Positions 1 through 10,649 of a stretch of DNA of 64,000 nucleotides are shown in pieces (the first letter of the stretch is position 1; every line of letters starts with the position of its first letter). The notes below the pieces were generated by a model. It was not told the DNA's origin, did no database searches, and saw only the letters and a list, made by a program, of their open reading frames with translations. The position numbers and the translations under genes were made by a program. This DNA is from Rubripirellula sp. (GTDB lineage Bacteria; Planctomycetota; Planctomycetia; Pirellulales; Pirellulaceae). The DNA lies in the NCBI GenBank assembly GCA_965216875.1, contig OZ244207.1:6016001-6080000 (forward strand), written 5' to 3'.

Positions 1-1
1 A

Positions 2-130
2 GAGTTTGCCATGGAAACCGGAGCGATTGTCTTTGTCAAAGCGGGAATCGATCACCACTTTCACGACATCGACGAAGATTTGAATGTCTTGGTTTTCTTC
101 TCCGCAACAAGAGTTCCCGATTCTGTGTGA
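2..130 (+). CDS. Cupin-domain protein, C-terminal fragment (truncated by window edge)
   Basis: Frame reads EFAMETGAIVFVKAGIDHHFHDIDEDLNVLVFF...*, matching cupin motif 2 (G-x-I-V-F-V-x-A-G-x-x-H-x-F). Confidence 0.7.
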   Translation, partial: EFAMETGAIVFVKAGIDHHFHDIDEDLNVLVFFSATRVPDSV

Positions 131-458
131 GCCGCACGCGCTAGCGCTGCAGATTGCAATCTTGGCGCCACCAGAGCAACTTCTTGCGCGGTGCTCGTGA
201 GCCGCCGGCCGTCAGGCCCGGGCCCTTGCCGACGCGCAGCGAGTTGTGGGAGTCATGCCCGGCCGCTTACGCGATCGCGGCTCAGCTGTGTGAACTTGGA
301 AAAGGATTTCCGATGGTGGAAGCGCAATTGCAATCCGTAGCACTAGCGCCGGGCCTCTCCGCGAGGCGTGGGAAGAGTGCAAGGCCCGACCCGCGGCTCA
401 GGCCGAGAGGACGCAGAGCGTCCAAGAGTGCGTTCCCACGCGGAGCGTGGGAACGAGG
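127..458. repeat. Mosaic cluster of REP-like palindromes
   Basis: Contains GTGAGCCGCACGCGCTAGCG, CCCGGCCGCTTACGCGATCGCGGCTCA, GGTGGAAGCGCAATTGCAATCCGTAGC and GAGGACGCAGAGCGTCC..TTCCCACGCGGAGCGTGGGAACGAGG; each recurs elsewhere in the window. Confidence 0.85.
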
Positions 459-554
459 TTGAAAGGTCGACCGTTTTGCTCGGGTGTCCGACGGTGTGCG
501 GCCAGCCTATAACAGCGGCGTGACTTTCGCGTGGATCAAGGGACAGGGTTACCA

Positions 555-1298
555 ATGCCGGCAACGAAAACCAAGAACGCTCGCAAGGCTGTCATCGCAG
601 CGGCAAAAAAGCTTTGCAATCAAGTCGATCAATTGCAATTCGGCGAGCCGGTCACGCATGTCTACAACCCGCTTCGCTACGCCTGGAAGGCTCACAAGAA
701 ATACCTCGACCAAGTGAGTGAATCGGGGGCGCGGGTCGTCTTTCTCGGGATGAACCCTGGGCCATGGGGAATGGCTCAAACCGGAGTGCCGTTCGGCGAA
801 ATCGCCGCCGCTCGAGATTGGATGGGAATCAACGTCAAAGTCGATCGCCCCGAAAACGAACACCCCAAACGGCCTGTCGAAGGATTCGAGTGTCCCAAGA
901 GTGAGGTGAGCGGACGGCGTTTGTGGGGATTGATGGCTGAAAAGTACGACGGGCCCGAAGCCTTCTTCGCAGATCACTTTATCGCAAACTATTGCCCACT
1001 CGTTTTCATGGAAGAATCGGCTCGCAATCGAACGCCCGACAAACTGCCCGCCGATGAACGCAAACCGCTTGATGAAGTTTGCGATGAACATTTGCAAACG
1101 ATCCTGAAGGCACTTCAACCAACCTTTGTTGTTGGCGTTGGCGCCTACGCTGAAAAGTGCCTGCAACGAGCACTCGACGCAACCTCCTGTGACGCATCGC
1201 TGTCGCGCATCTTGCATCCAAGCCCAGCCTCACCAGCGGCGAACAAGGATTGGGCTGGCACGGCGACTCGCCAACTCGAAGAAGCAGGGATTTGGTAG
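555..1298 (+). CDS. SMUG1-type (family 3) uracil-DNA glycosylase
   Basis: VYNPLRYAW, GMNPGPWGMAQTGVPFG, SEVSGRRLW and HPSPASP motifs. Confidence 0.92.
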   Translation: MPATKTKNARKAVIAAAKKLCNQVDQLQFGEPVTHVYNPLRYAWKAHKKYLDQVSESGARVVFLGMNPGPWGMAQTGVPFGEIAAARDWMGINVKVDRPENEHPKRPVEGFECPKSEVSGRRLWGLMAEKYDGPEAFFADHFIANYCPLVFMEESARNRTPDKLPADERKPLDEVCDEHLQTILKALQPTFVVGVGAYAEKCLQRALDATSCDASLSRILHPSPASPAANKDWAGTATRQLEEAGIW

Positions 1299-1331
1299 TC
1301 ACCCAAACCGCTGCCCTTGAGGCAGCACGGC

Positions 1332-2120
1332 CTACGACTTGTCGGTTGGTGGTTCTTGTTTGAACGGAAAGTCGGTCGGTCCGGTTCGCGCTGCGATGAT
1401 CTTTTGCCAGATCTTTCGACTCAGACCGGTCGTTAGCTGTTCCAGTTCGCTGACGGCGGCAACCGACGCGGCGTCATCAAATCGTTGGACGTAAAGCGAC
1501 GCGATCTTTCCCGTCAGTGCCAACATCTCGCTGCAATAGTCGAGGTATCGATTGAGTTGAAACGGAGTCATCGACTCTTTTGGCGAATGCTCCGTACGCT
1601 GCCAACTGTTGAGCACGCGCTCGGGGTCTTTGGTGAGCTGATGCATGTCGATCACATGAGCGATGGAGCGCAGTTCGTGAACGGCAGCGAGTGCCCGACG
1701 GCGTTTGATTCGCGTTTCGAAACTAATCAAAAAGTAGATTGCGATCACCAGAAAAATGATGTCGTTCAGTCCCGATTCAACGATCTGAATCAAGACAATG
1801 ACCGTCATCTCTTCTGTCACGCTCGGCCGGACCGCTTGCGTGATGATACCGACGATGATCGCTACCAACGTGAAGGCGATCATGTATCCCGCGATGCGAA
1901 TCGACAGAATCGGTCGGCTGATCCAAGCCGAACGATCGGAAGCTTGGCGTGCCAGATCATGTAGCTGGCCGCAAACACGTGAGAGTCCCGACTCTGGAAA
2001 CCGTTCGCTGATGCGTTGCTCAAGCGTTGCGACCGTTTCGATAATCCGGTCATCGCGCAGAATCAACAGCTGTTCGTCTTGTCGTCGCGTCGGTGCGTTG
2101 GATGTCTCAGGCTTGTTCAT
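1332..2120 (-). CDS. Conserved hypothetical membrane protein
   Basis: Two hydrophobic helices followed by HELRSIAHVIDMHQLTKDP and RYLDYCSEML blocks; start taken at the ATG for MNKPE. Confidence 0.75.
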   Translation of the reverse strand: MNKPETSNAPTRRQDEQLLILRDDRIIETVATLEQRISERFPESGLSRVCGQLHDLARQASDRSAWISRPILSIRIAGYMIAFTLVAIIVGIITQAVRPSVTEEMTVIVLIQIVESGLNDIIFLVIAIYFLISFETRIKRRRALAAVHELRSIAHVIDMHQLTKDPERVLNSWQRTEHSPKESMTPFQLNRYLDYCSEMLALTGKIASLYVQRFDDAASVAAVSELEQLTTGLSRKIWQKIIAARTGPTDFPFKQEPPTDKS

Positions 2121-2192
2121 CGAAATCAAGTTCTATTGCTTGGCGACTGGCGGCCAATGCGGTACTACAAACACACGCGTTCTCAAGATTGC

Positions 2193-2963
2193 CTACACCG
2201 CAAAGTACTCTTCGATCGCTTCTTGAATCACTTCGAATTGCACCGGGTGTTCAGACCATGTTTCAAGACACCCGGCAAGTGTATGGGCGCGGCGATCATC
2301 AATGGTGATCGTTCGGTAGCCAAGTTCGCGGATCGCATTCATTTCGGGGCGACCATCAGCGGTGATATCGACCACCATTCGCCCGGGATCACCTTGAGGC
2401 CAGTCGTCGACTTCCAGAATTGCAGGTTGGTCTGCAGCACCAGAAACGACAATCAACTTGGCTGACGCGAGGTCTTCCGCATCGGGGGCTTCAAGCAAGG
2501 GAGTAGGATCGTCGAACATCTCTTTGCCGATAAGGTTTGACTCGTCGTCTCCCTCAGGCAGACCTCCAAGCCAAAGTCGTTCTACAGATGCAGGCTCGAA
2601 AGTTTCGATATGTCGTCGCAAAATCTTGCCGAGATTCTCTTTTTCTTGCCAAGTCGCTTCCAGCTGTCCGGACTGAAAACAAAAACAATCAACATGGCCG
2701 GGCGGTTGTTCGCCCTCCGTTTGACGCCGGTCGTTCCAAGCTGCGGCCGCCTGGGCGAGCGTGGGGTCGAGAATCAAGCCGCGAATCCCCAGCACTTCGG
2801 CACCATCGAGCGCCTTGGGAATCTGGTCGGGCGCCACCTGAAAAGAAAGAACGCGCCAATCCAAATCGAGCGCGACCAGCGCGCGTTCAAGCGCGAACTG
2901 TGAGGGGTTTCCGGCGATGGGATGACCAAACACCGCAACGATCGGCTCGGTGGTACCGTCCAT
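2193..2963 (-). CDS. Shikimate dehydrogenase-like protein (degenerate AroE fold)
   Basis: N-terminus VAVFGHPIAGNPSQ resembles the AroE substrate-binding start; later catalytic motifs are not recognisable. Confidence 0.7.
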   Translation of the reverse strand: MDGTTEPIVAVFGHPIAGNPSQFALERALVALDLDWRVLSFQVAPDQIPKALDGAEVLGIRGLILDPTLAQAAAAWNDRRQTEGEQPPGHVDCFCFQSGQLEATWQEKENLGKILRRHIETFEPASVERLWLGGLPEGDDESNLIGKEMFDDPTPLLEAPDAEDLASAKLIVVSGAADQPAILEVDDWPQGDPGRMVVDITADGRPEMNAIRELGYRTITIDDRRAHTLAGCLETWSEHPVQFEVIQEAIEEYFAV

Positions 2964-3052
2964 GACTCAGACTGCAGGGGGTGAATCTCGTGTCCCAATC
3001 AAGATACCATTCAACACGGCATTGGACGAACCGGGTTTGACCGATCGAGCGA

Positions 3053-3910
3053 ATGAAGCCTTACCTCACCACCGCCCCGAAACTTGGCGTCATGACGATC
3101 GTGACGGTCGCGTTTTGGCATGCGCTCTTCGCCGTGTTGATTTTTTATCAACCCGAGCCGGTACTCTTCCCCAAGATCAACACTGCCGACCAATACGCCC
3201 GCATGACTCAAGCTGGCGTGGTCTACGGTCTCTGTGCGTGTGTCTGCTGGATTTCCAGCTCGTTGCTAATGATTTGGTTGCGATGGTCGGTTCGACTGGG
3301 GGCAGCTGCGGCGGGCGCCTTCTTGGTCCGATCCATCATCCCGATGAGCAACTACATCGAGTTTGCCATCTACTTTGGCGGGATGACGGTATCGCAGGCT
3401 GCCCTTTTCGGTGCATCCCGTGTTCCGCGTTGGCAGATTCGCTCGGCAGAACAGGTTGAATCGACCGGCCAGTTTTCAATCGGAGACATCATTTTTGGAA
3501 CCACAGCCATCGCGGTTCTGCTCGGCCTCGCACTCCAGTTCAAGCCGCCGATCAGTGATGGCGAATCGTTCTGGTCCGTGCTCGCAGCGATTTGGATTTG
3601 CCTGCCGGTCATTTCAGCGTTGGTGGCAACCTCATCGACCATGCGTCAAATCAGCGTGATGGTGCGAATGCTGCTGGCCGCAACGTTGATCATCGTCTTG
3701 GGGTCGCTGGGTATCGCGAGCCTTGAAATGGCGATGCTCGATGAAGTCATCGCCGCGGCGACAACGGAACCGCCACTGCTGTGGCTTTTCACGACCCTCT
3801 ATACCGTCCTTGTCGGAGTCAATGCCCTGTGCATCTTGACCCTTGGACTCGCTGGTCGGATGGATGCAAAGCGATCGCGTGGGATCGAAGAGGGACTCGG
3901 TTCACAGTGA
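3053..3910 (+). CDS. Hypothetical multi-pass membrane protein
   Basis: 285 aa with many hydrophobic segments and a QFSIGDI motif. Confidence 0.75.
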   Translation: MKPYLTTAPKLGVMTIVTVAFWHALFAVLIFYQPEPVLFPKINTADQYARMTQAGVVYGLCACVCWISSSLLMIWLRWSVRLGAAAAGAFLVRSIIPMSNYIEFAIYFGGMTVSQAALFGASRVPRWQIRSAEQVESTGQFSIGDIIFGTTAIAVLLGLALQFKPPISDGESFWSVLAAIWICLPVISALVATSSTMRQISVMVRMLLAATLIIVLGSLGIASLEMAMLDEVIAAATTEPPLLWLFTTLYTVLVGVNALCILTLGLAGRMDAKRSRGIEEGLGSQ

Positions 3911-3926
3911 GCCGCAAGGAGGCTGC

Positions 3927-4013
3927 CTCTAAGGCCCGGAGAGGGTTCGTATGGTTAACAACCTCCCCGGACTTTGCGTCCGACCCTCCCGCAAGCGGGA
4001 GGGTGATTGTTGG
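3927..4013 (+). repeat. Palindromic intergenic element, copy 1 (5' truncated)
   Basis: CTCTAAGGCCCGGAGAGGG..CCTCCCCGGACTTTGCGTCCGACCCTCCCGCAAGCGGGAGGGTGATTGTTGG; near-identical to 49673-49782 and to the reverse copy at 46210-46324. Confidence 0.9.
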
Positions 4014-4115
4014 CACCAAGATTCCGGCTAAAGCTCGGTACTACGAACGGAGGCTCACGTCCCTCGTCACCGAGCAGCTCTCGGCATGAGAACCGCCTCG
4101 AGGCTGGACGACAAA

Positions 4116-5501
4116 CTACCGTGCTTGTTGTTGAATCATGTTCAACAAATCGGCCGACGGATTGTTGAGCGTCATGACTCGTGAAGTCGATTCAGGCTGG
4201 TTGCGATCACGAACGATCACAATCACTTCCTGGCTGGAAGCCGCCGAAGGTTGCGTGATCGGTGCGGCGTTGACAGGAGCCGACAAGCTCGCCGGTACGA
4301 CAGCTGCCGTTGCAGGCGCCGCTGCGGGTGCCGACGGCACCGATGCGATGCGATCAACGGGAGCCGCTGCGGGGCTTCCTTGACCTTGATACAGATGCGC
4401 CAAGTCGACGCGATCGAGTTGCCAATTGACCGATCCAGGACCAGCGTAAATCCCAACGTCGCCCTTGTAGTCGGCTGAGTTGCAAACGCCGATCAAACGA
4501 CCTTCCGCGTCGAACAAGCCGCCGCCGCTGCGTCCATCAATCGGTGCACCCGCAATCTCCAAATTGGAAACGCCAAGGTGTTGGTTGTACTTGTTGATGC
4601 CGGTGATGCGAGTATCGCGGCGCGACGGATCATCACCGCGGTCACATCCAAAGCTAAACGCTGTTTGGCCGTTGATCACCTTTTCGGTGCTTGGGAGGAC
4701 CTTGACCGATTGCACCGGGAAGCCAGGTCGGATCACAACCAAAGCGATGTCTCGCGTGTCGGCGTCGTAGTCGACGACTTTGCCTTCGACCGTTTTGGTT
4801 TCGGCGCCGATGAACAAGTCGACTTCGATTTTGCCTTGACCTTGAGTGTCGCGGAACAAGTGACCACAAGTCAGCACGAGTGCTTCGGCGCCGTGCGTAT
4901 CGATGATCGTTCCGGTACCAACGCCATAGCCATGTCCATCGTGGACACGCAGTCGAACGGTTGCCGACTTTGCTTTCTCGACCGAATCAGCCAATGAAAT
5001 GCTAGGCATCGCTTCGCCAGCCGCAGGAGCGAGCGGAGCTTTCGATGTGAGCGTCTGGGGAGTGGGCGATCCGGCAACGGGTGCCAATCGCGTTTGGGGT
5101 GGCGCGATGCTGTCGAGTGCAGTCGGTGCCGACGGACGCGACTTGGCGCCGGTCTGAATCAATGGACCCTGTGGATTGATAGCGATTGCCGACCGAAGCT
5201 GGGTAAGGGACTGGGACCCGACCAATCGGGTGACCTCTTTTCCGCCCGAAACGACGACAAACGTGGGGGTGCTGCGGATGCCATAGCGGCGAACCAGTTC
5301 GTGTTCGCGAGCGACATCGACATGGCGAACGGGGATGCCAGAGCGCTCCAATTGCTGCAAAATGGGCTTCATCGCCCGGCATGGACCGCAATGATCCGAA
5401 GTGAAATTGATAAGAATCGATTCGGCTGAAGCAGCCGATGCACTGAAAGCCATTGCAAACAGAGTCATTCCGATCGCAACCGCGAACTTAGCGTTCCTCA
5501 C
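4116..5501 (-). CDS. Secreted thioredoxin + trypsin-like (S1) serine protease fusion
   Basis: Signal peptide (ASA-ES), HCGPC thioredoxin site, catalytic triad TCGH / DIAL / GRSGGG. Confidence 0.9.
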   Translation of the reverse strand: MRNAKFAVAIGMTLFAMAFSASAASAESILINFTSDHCGPCRAMKPILQQLERSGIPVRHVDVAREHELVRRYGIRSTPTFVVVSGGKEVTRLVGSQSLTQLRSAIAINPQGPLIQTGAKSRPSAPTALDSIAPPQTRLAPVAGSPTPQTLTSKAPLAPAAGEAMPSISLADSVEKAKSATVRLRVHDGHGYGVGTGTIIDTHGAEALVLTCGHLFRDTQGQGKIEVDLFIGAETKTVEGKVVDYDADTRDIALVVIRPGFPVQSVKVLPSTEKVINGQTAFSFGCDRGDDPSRRDTRITGINKYNQHLGVSNLEIAGAPIDGRSGGGLFDAEGRLIGVCNSADYKGDVGIYAGPGSVNWQLDRVDLAHLYQGQGSPAAAPVDRIASVPSAPAAAPATAAVVPASLSAPVNAAPITQPSAASSQEVIVIVRDRNQPESTSRVMTLNNPSADLLNMIQQQAR

Positions 5502-5788
5502 CCTCGTCCCTCCATGGATACGGGTTTTTCAATTTCATGCCGACACGGTCTAACCGACCGCAAAAAGAACGGTCGGTGGCCTCCTGCCAAAACCGTTCTC
5601 GCCGGGTGGCCGATCGTCCGCTAATCTTCTGCTCGGCGGCAAGGTCAAAGGGGCGCAACCTGAAGCCAACTTGAATCTTTTTTGAGTTTCACGACGCTTT
5701 TTTCCAAATTGTCGCCCCCCACCCTGCAGGCCCCTCGGCTGCTAGACTGCCCGACAGTTCATCACTGGTCAGGAACAACGATACCGAA

Positions 5789-7840
5789 ATGACACGACAA
5801 ATCCTCGTCACCAGCGCCCTGCCCTACGCCAACGGACCGATCCACATCGGCCACTTGGTCGAGTACATCCAGACTGACATCTGGGTGCGGTTTCAAAAGC
5901 TGCGTGGCAACCGTTGTATCTACATCTGTGCCGACGACACGCACGGCACGGCGATCATGATTCGGGCTCGCAAAGAGGGCCGAAGCGAAGAGGAATTGAT
6001 CGCCTCGATGAGCGAAGCGCACCAACGCGACTTTGCCGGATTCGGCATCGAGTTTGAACATTACGGCAGCACCAATAGCGACGCGAACCGCGAGATCTGT
6101 GGCGAGTTTTGGCAATCGCTGCGCGATGCCGATTTGGTCACCGAGCGAGTCATCGAACAGCTTTTCGATCCCGAAGCCGAAACGTTCTTGGCCGATCGAT
6201 TTGTGCGCGGCACCTGTCCCGTTTGTGGATTGCCCGACCAAGCTGGCGACAACTGTAATTGCGGGGCAACCTATAGCCCGACCGACTTGATTGACCCCAA
6301 GAGCACGCTGACCGGTGCGACGCCAATCTTGAAAGAAGCGACGCACCTGTTCGTTCAGCTCGAGAAGCTGCACGGCTTTCTATCTGGTTGGGTCGATGAA
6401 AGCGGTGCACTTCAAAAGGAAGTGGCGAATTACCTGAAGGGCCATTTCCTGGCCGAAGAACTTCGCGACTGGGACATCAGTCGGCCAGCGCCCTACTTTG
6501 GTTTCGAGATCCCCGACGCACCGGGCAACTACTGGTACGTTTGGTTCGACGCTCCGATTGGTTACATCGCGAGCACCAAAGAATGGTGCCAGGCCAATGG
6601 CGAATCACTCGATGATTGGTGGAAAAACGACGACTGCGAAGTCCATCACTTCATCGGCAAGGACATCACCTACTTCCACACGCTCTTTTGGCCGGGCATG
6701 TTGGAAACCGCAAAGTATTCGCTGCCAACCAAAGTGCACATCCACGGCTTCTTGAACGTTGATGGCAAGAAGATGTCAAAACGTGACGGCACGTTGATTG
6801 CCGCCGAGACGTACCTCAAACATGCCAAGCCAGATTACTTGCGGTATTACTACGCAACGAAACTGACACCGCGCGTCGAGGACTTGGACCTGCAAATTGA
6901 CGAGTTCACTGAAAAGGTGAATTCCGATTTGGTCGGCAAAGTCGTGAACCTAGCGAGCCGCGTCGGCAAGTTCGCAAACTCGACCGGACTCTCGCCCGAA
7001 TACCCCGATGATGGCGGGCTGTTTGAAGCGGCAGCCGCGGCAGGTGATGAAATCGCCGAAGCGTACGAGGCGTGTGATTATGCCCGCGCAATGCGGCGCA
7101 TCATGGAACTTGCCGATGCGGCCAATCCTTTCGTCGAACACGCCAAACCTTGGGAAATGAAAAAGGATCCCGAGCGACAGGATGAACTGCGCGATGTTTG
7201 CACCGTCGCACTGAACCTGTTCCGGCAACTTTCCATCTACCTCGCGCCCGTGCTGCCTGAGCTTGCAGCAAAGTGTGGCGAATTGGTTGGGGAAGAACTC
7301 ACTTCGTGGGAGCAAAGCCGCACGCCCCTGGTTGGCACTCCCGTTGCAAAATTCAAACGCATGATGGATCGAATCCAAACCGAGGACCTTCAAAAGATGA
7401 TCGAAGAAAGCAAAGAAATGGCCGACGCGGAAGCCGCGACCGATGCCACCGCAGAAACCGCAGCGAAGTACAACGACAGCGATCAGCCACTCAAGGACGA
7501 ACCGCTTGCAGATGAAATCACGATTGATGATTTTGCCAAAGTCGATCTTCGCGTTGCTCGCGTGCTTTCAGCCGAGCAGGTGCCTGAGGCGAACAAGTTG
7601 CTGAAGTTGACGCTGAGCCTCGGTGGTGACCAGCGCCGTCAGGTCTTTGCGGGGATCAAAGCGGCTTACGAACCTGAGCAACTGGTCGGTCGTTTAGTCG
7701 TGATGGTCGCCAACCTCAAGCCACGCAAGATGCGTTTCGGTTTGAGTGAAGGGATGGTCACCGCGTCGGGACCAGGTGGCGCCGACGTCTTCATCCTTGG
7801 TGTCGATGAAGGTGCCGTCCCAGGACAACGTGTCCACTAG
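5789..7840 (+). CDS. metG: Methionine--tRNA ligase with C-terminal tRNA-binding domain
   Basis: [19 protein letters not shown], Zn knuckle, C-terminal [11 protein letters not shown]...[15 protein letters not shown]. Confidence 0.98.
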   Translation: MTRQILVTSALPYANGPIHIGHLVEYIQTDIWVRFQKLRGNRCIYICADDTHGTAIMIRARKEGRSEEELIASMSEAHQRDFAGFGIEFEHYGSTNSDANREICGEFWQSLRDADLVTERVIEQLFDPEAETFLADRFVRGTCPVCGLPDQAGDNCNCGATYSPTDLIDPKSTLTGATPILKEATHLFVQLEKLHGFLSGWVDESGALQKEVANYLKGHFLAEELRDWDISRPAPYFGFEIPDAPGNYWYVWFDAPIGYIASTKEWCQANGESLDDWWKNDDCEVHHFIGKDITYFHTLFWPGMLETAKYSLPTKVHIHGFLNVDGKKMSKRDGTLIAAETYLKHAKPDYLRYYYATKLTPRVEDLDLQIDEFTEKVNSDLVGKVVNLASRVGKFANSTGLSPEYPDDGGLFEAAAAAGDEIAEAYEACDYARAMRRIMELADAANPFVEHAKPWEMKKDPERQDELRDVCTVALNLFRQLSIYLAPVLPELAAKCGELVGEELTSWEQSRTPLVGTPVAKFKRMMDRIQTEDLQKMIEESKEMADAEAATDATAETAAKYNDSDQPLKDEPLADEITIDDFAKVDLRVARVLSAEQVPEANKLLKLTLSLGGDQRRQVFAGIKAAYEPEQLVGRLVVMVANLKPRKMRFGLSEGMVTASGPGGADVFILGVDEGAVPGQRVH

Positions 7841-7843
7841 GTC

Positions 7844-8004
7844 TTCCTCGTCAGCGGCTTTGGCGCTAGCCACCGGTGTTTTGCGCGCGGAGCACTGGTG
7901 GCGAGAGCCGGTTCGTGAAGAGGGAACCACGGATAGCACGAATCTCACGAATAAGAGCGAGAGAGTTTCTTCGTGAGCGGCTTTGGCGCTAGCCGCCGGT
8001 GTTT
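7844..8004 (+). repeat. Two direct copies of a ~38-bp REP-like unit
   Basis: TTCCTCGTCAGCGGCTTTGGCGCTAGCCACCGGTGTTT (7844-7881) and TTCTTCGTGAGCGGCTTTGGCGCTAGCCGCCGGTGTTT (7967-8004). Confidence 0.85.
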
Positions 8005-8030
8005 CTAGCACACGATGAACGAACACAGAC

Positions 8031-8852
8031 GTGCCGATGGGTCGAGCGATACAAGAGTTGAGACGGTACTTGCTTGACCGCATGGTGCTGCGCCCATCGC
8101 GCGACGAGCTTGACCATCGCCCCAAGCAGCGTGTTTGGTTGACATCGGCCGGTCGACCGCTGGAGTGTTTTGTTGAAGAAACGCGCAACGACGATGACCA
8201 ACCCGTTGATGTCTTGGTCCTAAAATTCCCCGGCACTGCGGGCCGCGCCGAACGCGCGTCCAACTTCCCGCTCGATTGGTTACCGATCGATCCCGAGCAA
8301 CGCGTTTCGATTTGGACGTGGAACCCACCGGGCTACGGCGGAAGTGCCGGCCGCGCAAGCCTGGGGCGGATCGCCGAAGCGAGTTTGGATTTCTGGGACA
8401 GGGTCACAACGAAGAAACTGGCCGAGTCGACCCGAGTTCTGTTGTGTGGCAATAGCCTCGGATGCGTCACGGCACTTCATGTTGCATCCAAGGTCGATCA
8501 TCAACGCTCGGGGCTCATTTTGCGTAATCCACCACCTCTGATTCCGGTCGTCAAACATGTGGCAAGTCGGTATCCGATGAGCCGATTGGTGAATCCAATC
8601 GCCGAAAGCCTTTGTGATCGGATGAACGCTACCGTCACGGCCAAGTCTGTCGAAATTCCGGCCGTCTTCATGCAATGCGAACTCGACTCGCTGGTATTGC
8701 CGGAATTTCAAGAGCAAGTGATCGATGCATTCGCTGGCCCCAAACGCATCGCCTTGCTCAAAGGCCTCGATCACGCCGATGTTACCATGGACGAACATGA
8801 GGAGATCGTTCGTGAATCGATTCACTGGCTTTGGGAAACGGTGTCGAAATGA
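8031..8852 (+). CDS. Alpha/beta hydrolase
   Basis: PPGYGGS, nucleophile elbow GNSLG, candidate Asp (ELDSLV) and His (GLDH); start 8031 or 8037. Confidence 0.88.
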   Translation: MPMGRAIQELRRYLLDRMVLRPSRDELDHRPKQRVWLTSAGRPLECFVEETRNDDDQPVDVLVLKFPGTAGRAERASNFPLDWLPIDPEQRVSIWTWNPPGYGGSAGRASLGRIAEASLDFWDRVTTKKLAESTRVLLCGNSLGCVTALHVASKVDHQRSGLILRNPPPLIPVVKHVASRYPMSRLVNPIAESLCDRMNATVTAKSVEIPAVFMQCELDSLVLPEFQEQVIDAFAGPKRIALLKGLDHADVTMDEHEEIVRESIHWLWETVSK

Positions 8853-9364
8853 ACAACGAAGCGATTGACATCGAGCGCGTCACGATCCGATATGCAACGG
8901 TGAAAGACGCCGCCGCCATCGCAAGCGTCTACAACTTTCACGTCGATGATGGCGGTTCCACATTCGACAACGCGCATTGGTCACCCGAGCGGATCGCTGA
9001 GCAATTGCCTCAGGAGTTGCCCAACGTTTGGTTTGTTGCCGAACAAGGCAAAGATCACCTCGGCTGGGCATCAGTGCGACGATACAGTGCCCGCTTTGGC
9101 TATCGGTACACATGTGAATCAGCGATCTACCTGGACCCGATCTCGTATGGAACCGGAGTTGCCGATGCGTTGCAAAACCGCATCGAGGCTCATTGCATCG
9201 ACCAAGGGATCCATCACGCCGTCGCGAAGATCGTGACCGACAATGTGCGGAGCATCGCCTTTCACCTGCGTCATGGCTATGAAGAAGTCGGCGTCCAACG
9301 CGAAGTCGGTCGCATGGACGGAAAATGGGTCGATGTCACGATCCTGCAACGCATCTTTGAATAG
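8849..9364 (+). CDS. GNAT N-acetyltransferase (phosphinothricin acetyltransferase / YncA-like)
   Basis: IASVYN, GYRYTCESAIYL, NVRSIAFH, REVGRMDGKWVDV; ATGA overlap with the upstream gene. Confidence 0.9.
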   Translation: MNNEAIDIERVTIRYATVKDAAAIASVYNFHVDDGGSTFDNAHWSPERIAEQLPQELPNVWFVAEQGKDHLGWASVRRYSARFGYRYTCESAIYLDPISYGTGVADALQNRIEAHCIDQGIHHAVAKIVTDNVRSIAFHLRHGYEEVGVQREVGRMDGKWVDVTILQRIFE

Positions 9365-9376
9365 TTGACTTTGCCG

Positions 9377-9577
9377 GCCGAACGCGCTAGCGTCGGGTCC
9401 TGCCAGTGATGGTGCGTGAAGAAATAACTGCCGCTTACAGGTGAGCCGAGACTCGCGTAAGTGGCCGGGCCCTTCGCTTGATGAACGCTTACCACCGCCC
9501 GTCATGCGGAGCATGACCTACGAAGAGGACGCGGAGCGTCCGGAGAGTGCGCTGCCACGCGGAGCGTGGTAACGAGG
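9377..9577. repeat. Mosaic cluster of REP-like palindromes between convergent genes
   Basis: GCCGAACGCGCTAGCGTCGGG, GGTGAGCCGAGACTCGCGTAAGTGGCCGGGCCC, GAGGACGCGGAGCGTCC..GCCACGCGGAGCGTGGTAACGAGG. Confidence 0.85.
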
Positions 9578-9596
9578 TCCGAAAAAAGATGTTTGA

Positions 9597-10649
9597 TTAC
9601 TCGGTCACGCGGACTTCGCTGAGCATACTTTTTACGGCGGCGGCAACCAGGTCGGAGGGCAACGCGTACGAAACGACTCGGCCTGCTCGTGCGATGTTCA
9701 GACCAACGATGTTGCCGGCAGAATCGAGGATTGGGCCTCCGCATTCATAAGGATCGAGCACCGTGTCGTGCTGGATGACGCGATCAAATCCCGTCAGCCG
9801 TTGATTACGAGGGCCGTTTACTTTGGAATCGTTTTCCGACTCCTGCATCATCGCAAACTCGCGAATGCCCGCATCAATTTCAATGATGTCAGTTTCTCGC
9901 GATTCGTTCGAGCGACGAATCGTCAAACGGACACTTTCTCCCGAGTATTTGCCACGCAAGATCGTCATGACTCCCTTGGTGCTTTCCTCTTTGTGGCCGT
10001 TAACCGCAATGATCAAGTCACCCGGTTCCACCCCCGCGACATCCGCGCCGCTCTCTGGCCAAACGCCTTGAACGAGGGCACGGGAATTGGTTTGTTCAAA
10101 CATGATGCCGAGCTTGCCTTGATTGGCAATCTTGCGCTCGGGTCCGCCAACAACGCCGATTCCGATAGGACGACCAGCACGCCCGACGCTGACGAGGAAA
10201 CTGGCGACGCCGGGTGCAGGAGTATCGAAAGAGGCCGGATCAAGTTTTACATCGCCGTCGATTCGCAAAAGCGCCAAATCGTTTCCGCGTCGCACGGCCG
10301 CGACGCGCGCCGGGAACATTCGGCCATCCGCGAGGCGAACACGAATCGGATCGCCACTCAATTCGCTTCGCTTGGTCAACAAGTATCCGTCTTCGGAAAC
10401 GGCTGTCGCCAAAGAAACGGGCCGGCCAGCGATCAGAACTTGCGCTACCGATTTGCCCACCTCGTCTGACAATGGGCGAACAAGGCGAACCATTTGCCCG
10501 TTGTCGCGACGTTGATCTGCCATCGAAGTGGCGGCACCAACAACAACCAGCAACGCGGTGGCGACAAATCGGAGTGGACTCAAGTTTCTCATTCGCAAAA
10601 CCATTCGTAAGTCAGATCCTGTTGTTTGCTCTGGATGGTTCGACTTCAA
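9597..10649 (-). CDS. Exported S1C-like protease homolog with an internal PDZ domain and altered catalytic residues
   Basis: Signal peptide; DGYLLTKRSE, NDLALL, PDZ (KLGI..GVEPGDLIIAVNG), HDTVLDPYECGGP. Confidence 0.85.
   Translation of the reverse strand: MKSNHPEQTTGSDLRMVLRMRNLSPLRFVATALLVVVGAATSMADQRRDNGQMVRLVRPLSDEVGKSVAQVLIAGRPVSLATAVSEDGYLLTKRSELSGDPIRVRLADGRMFPARVAAVRRGNDLALLRIDGDVKLDPASFDTPAPGVASFLVSVGRAGRPIGIGVVGGPERKIANQGKLGIMFEQTNSRALVQGVWPESGADVAGVEPGDLIIAVNGHKEESTKGVMTILRGKYSGESVRLTIRRSNESRETDIIEIDAGIREFAMMQESENDSKVNGPRNQRLTGFDRVIQHDTVLDPYECGGPILDSAGNIVGLNIARAGRVVSYALPSDLVAAAVKSMLSEVRVTE

Noticed and set aside
5502..5788. T-box or SAM riboswitch upstream of metG
   Set aside because: No T-box or S-box consensus recognisable
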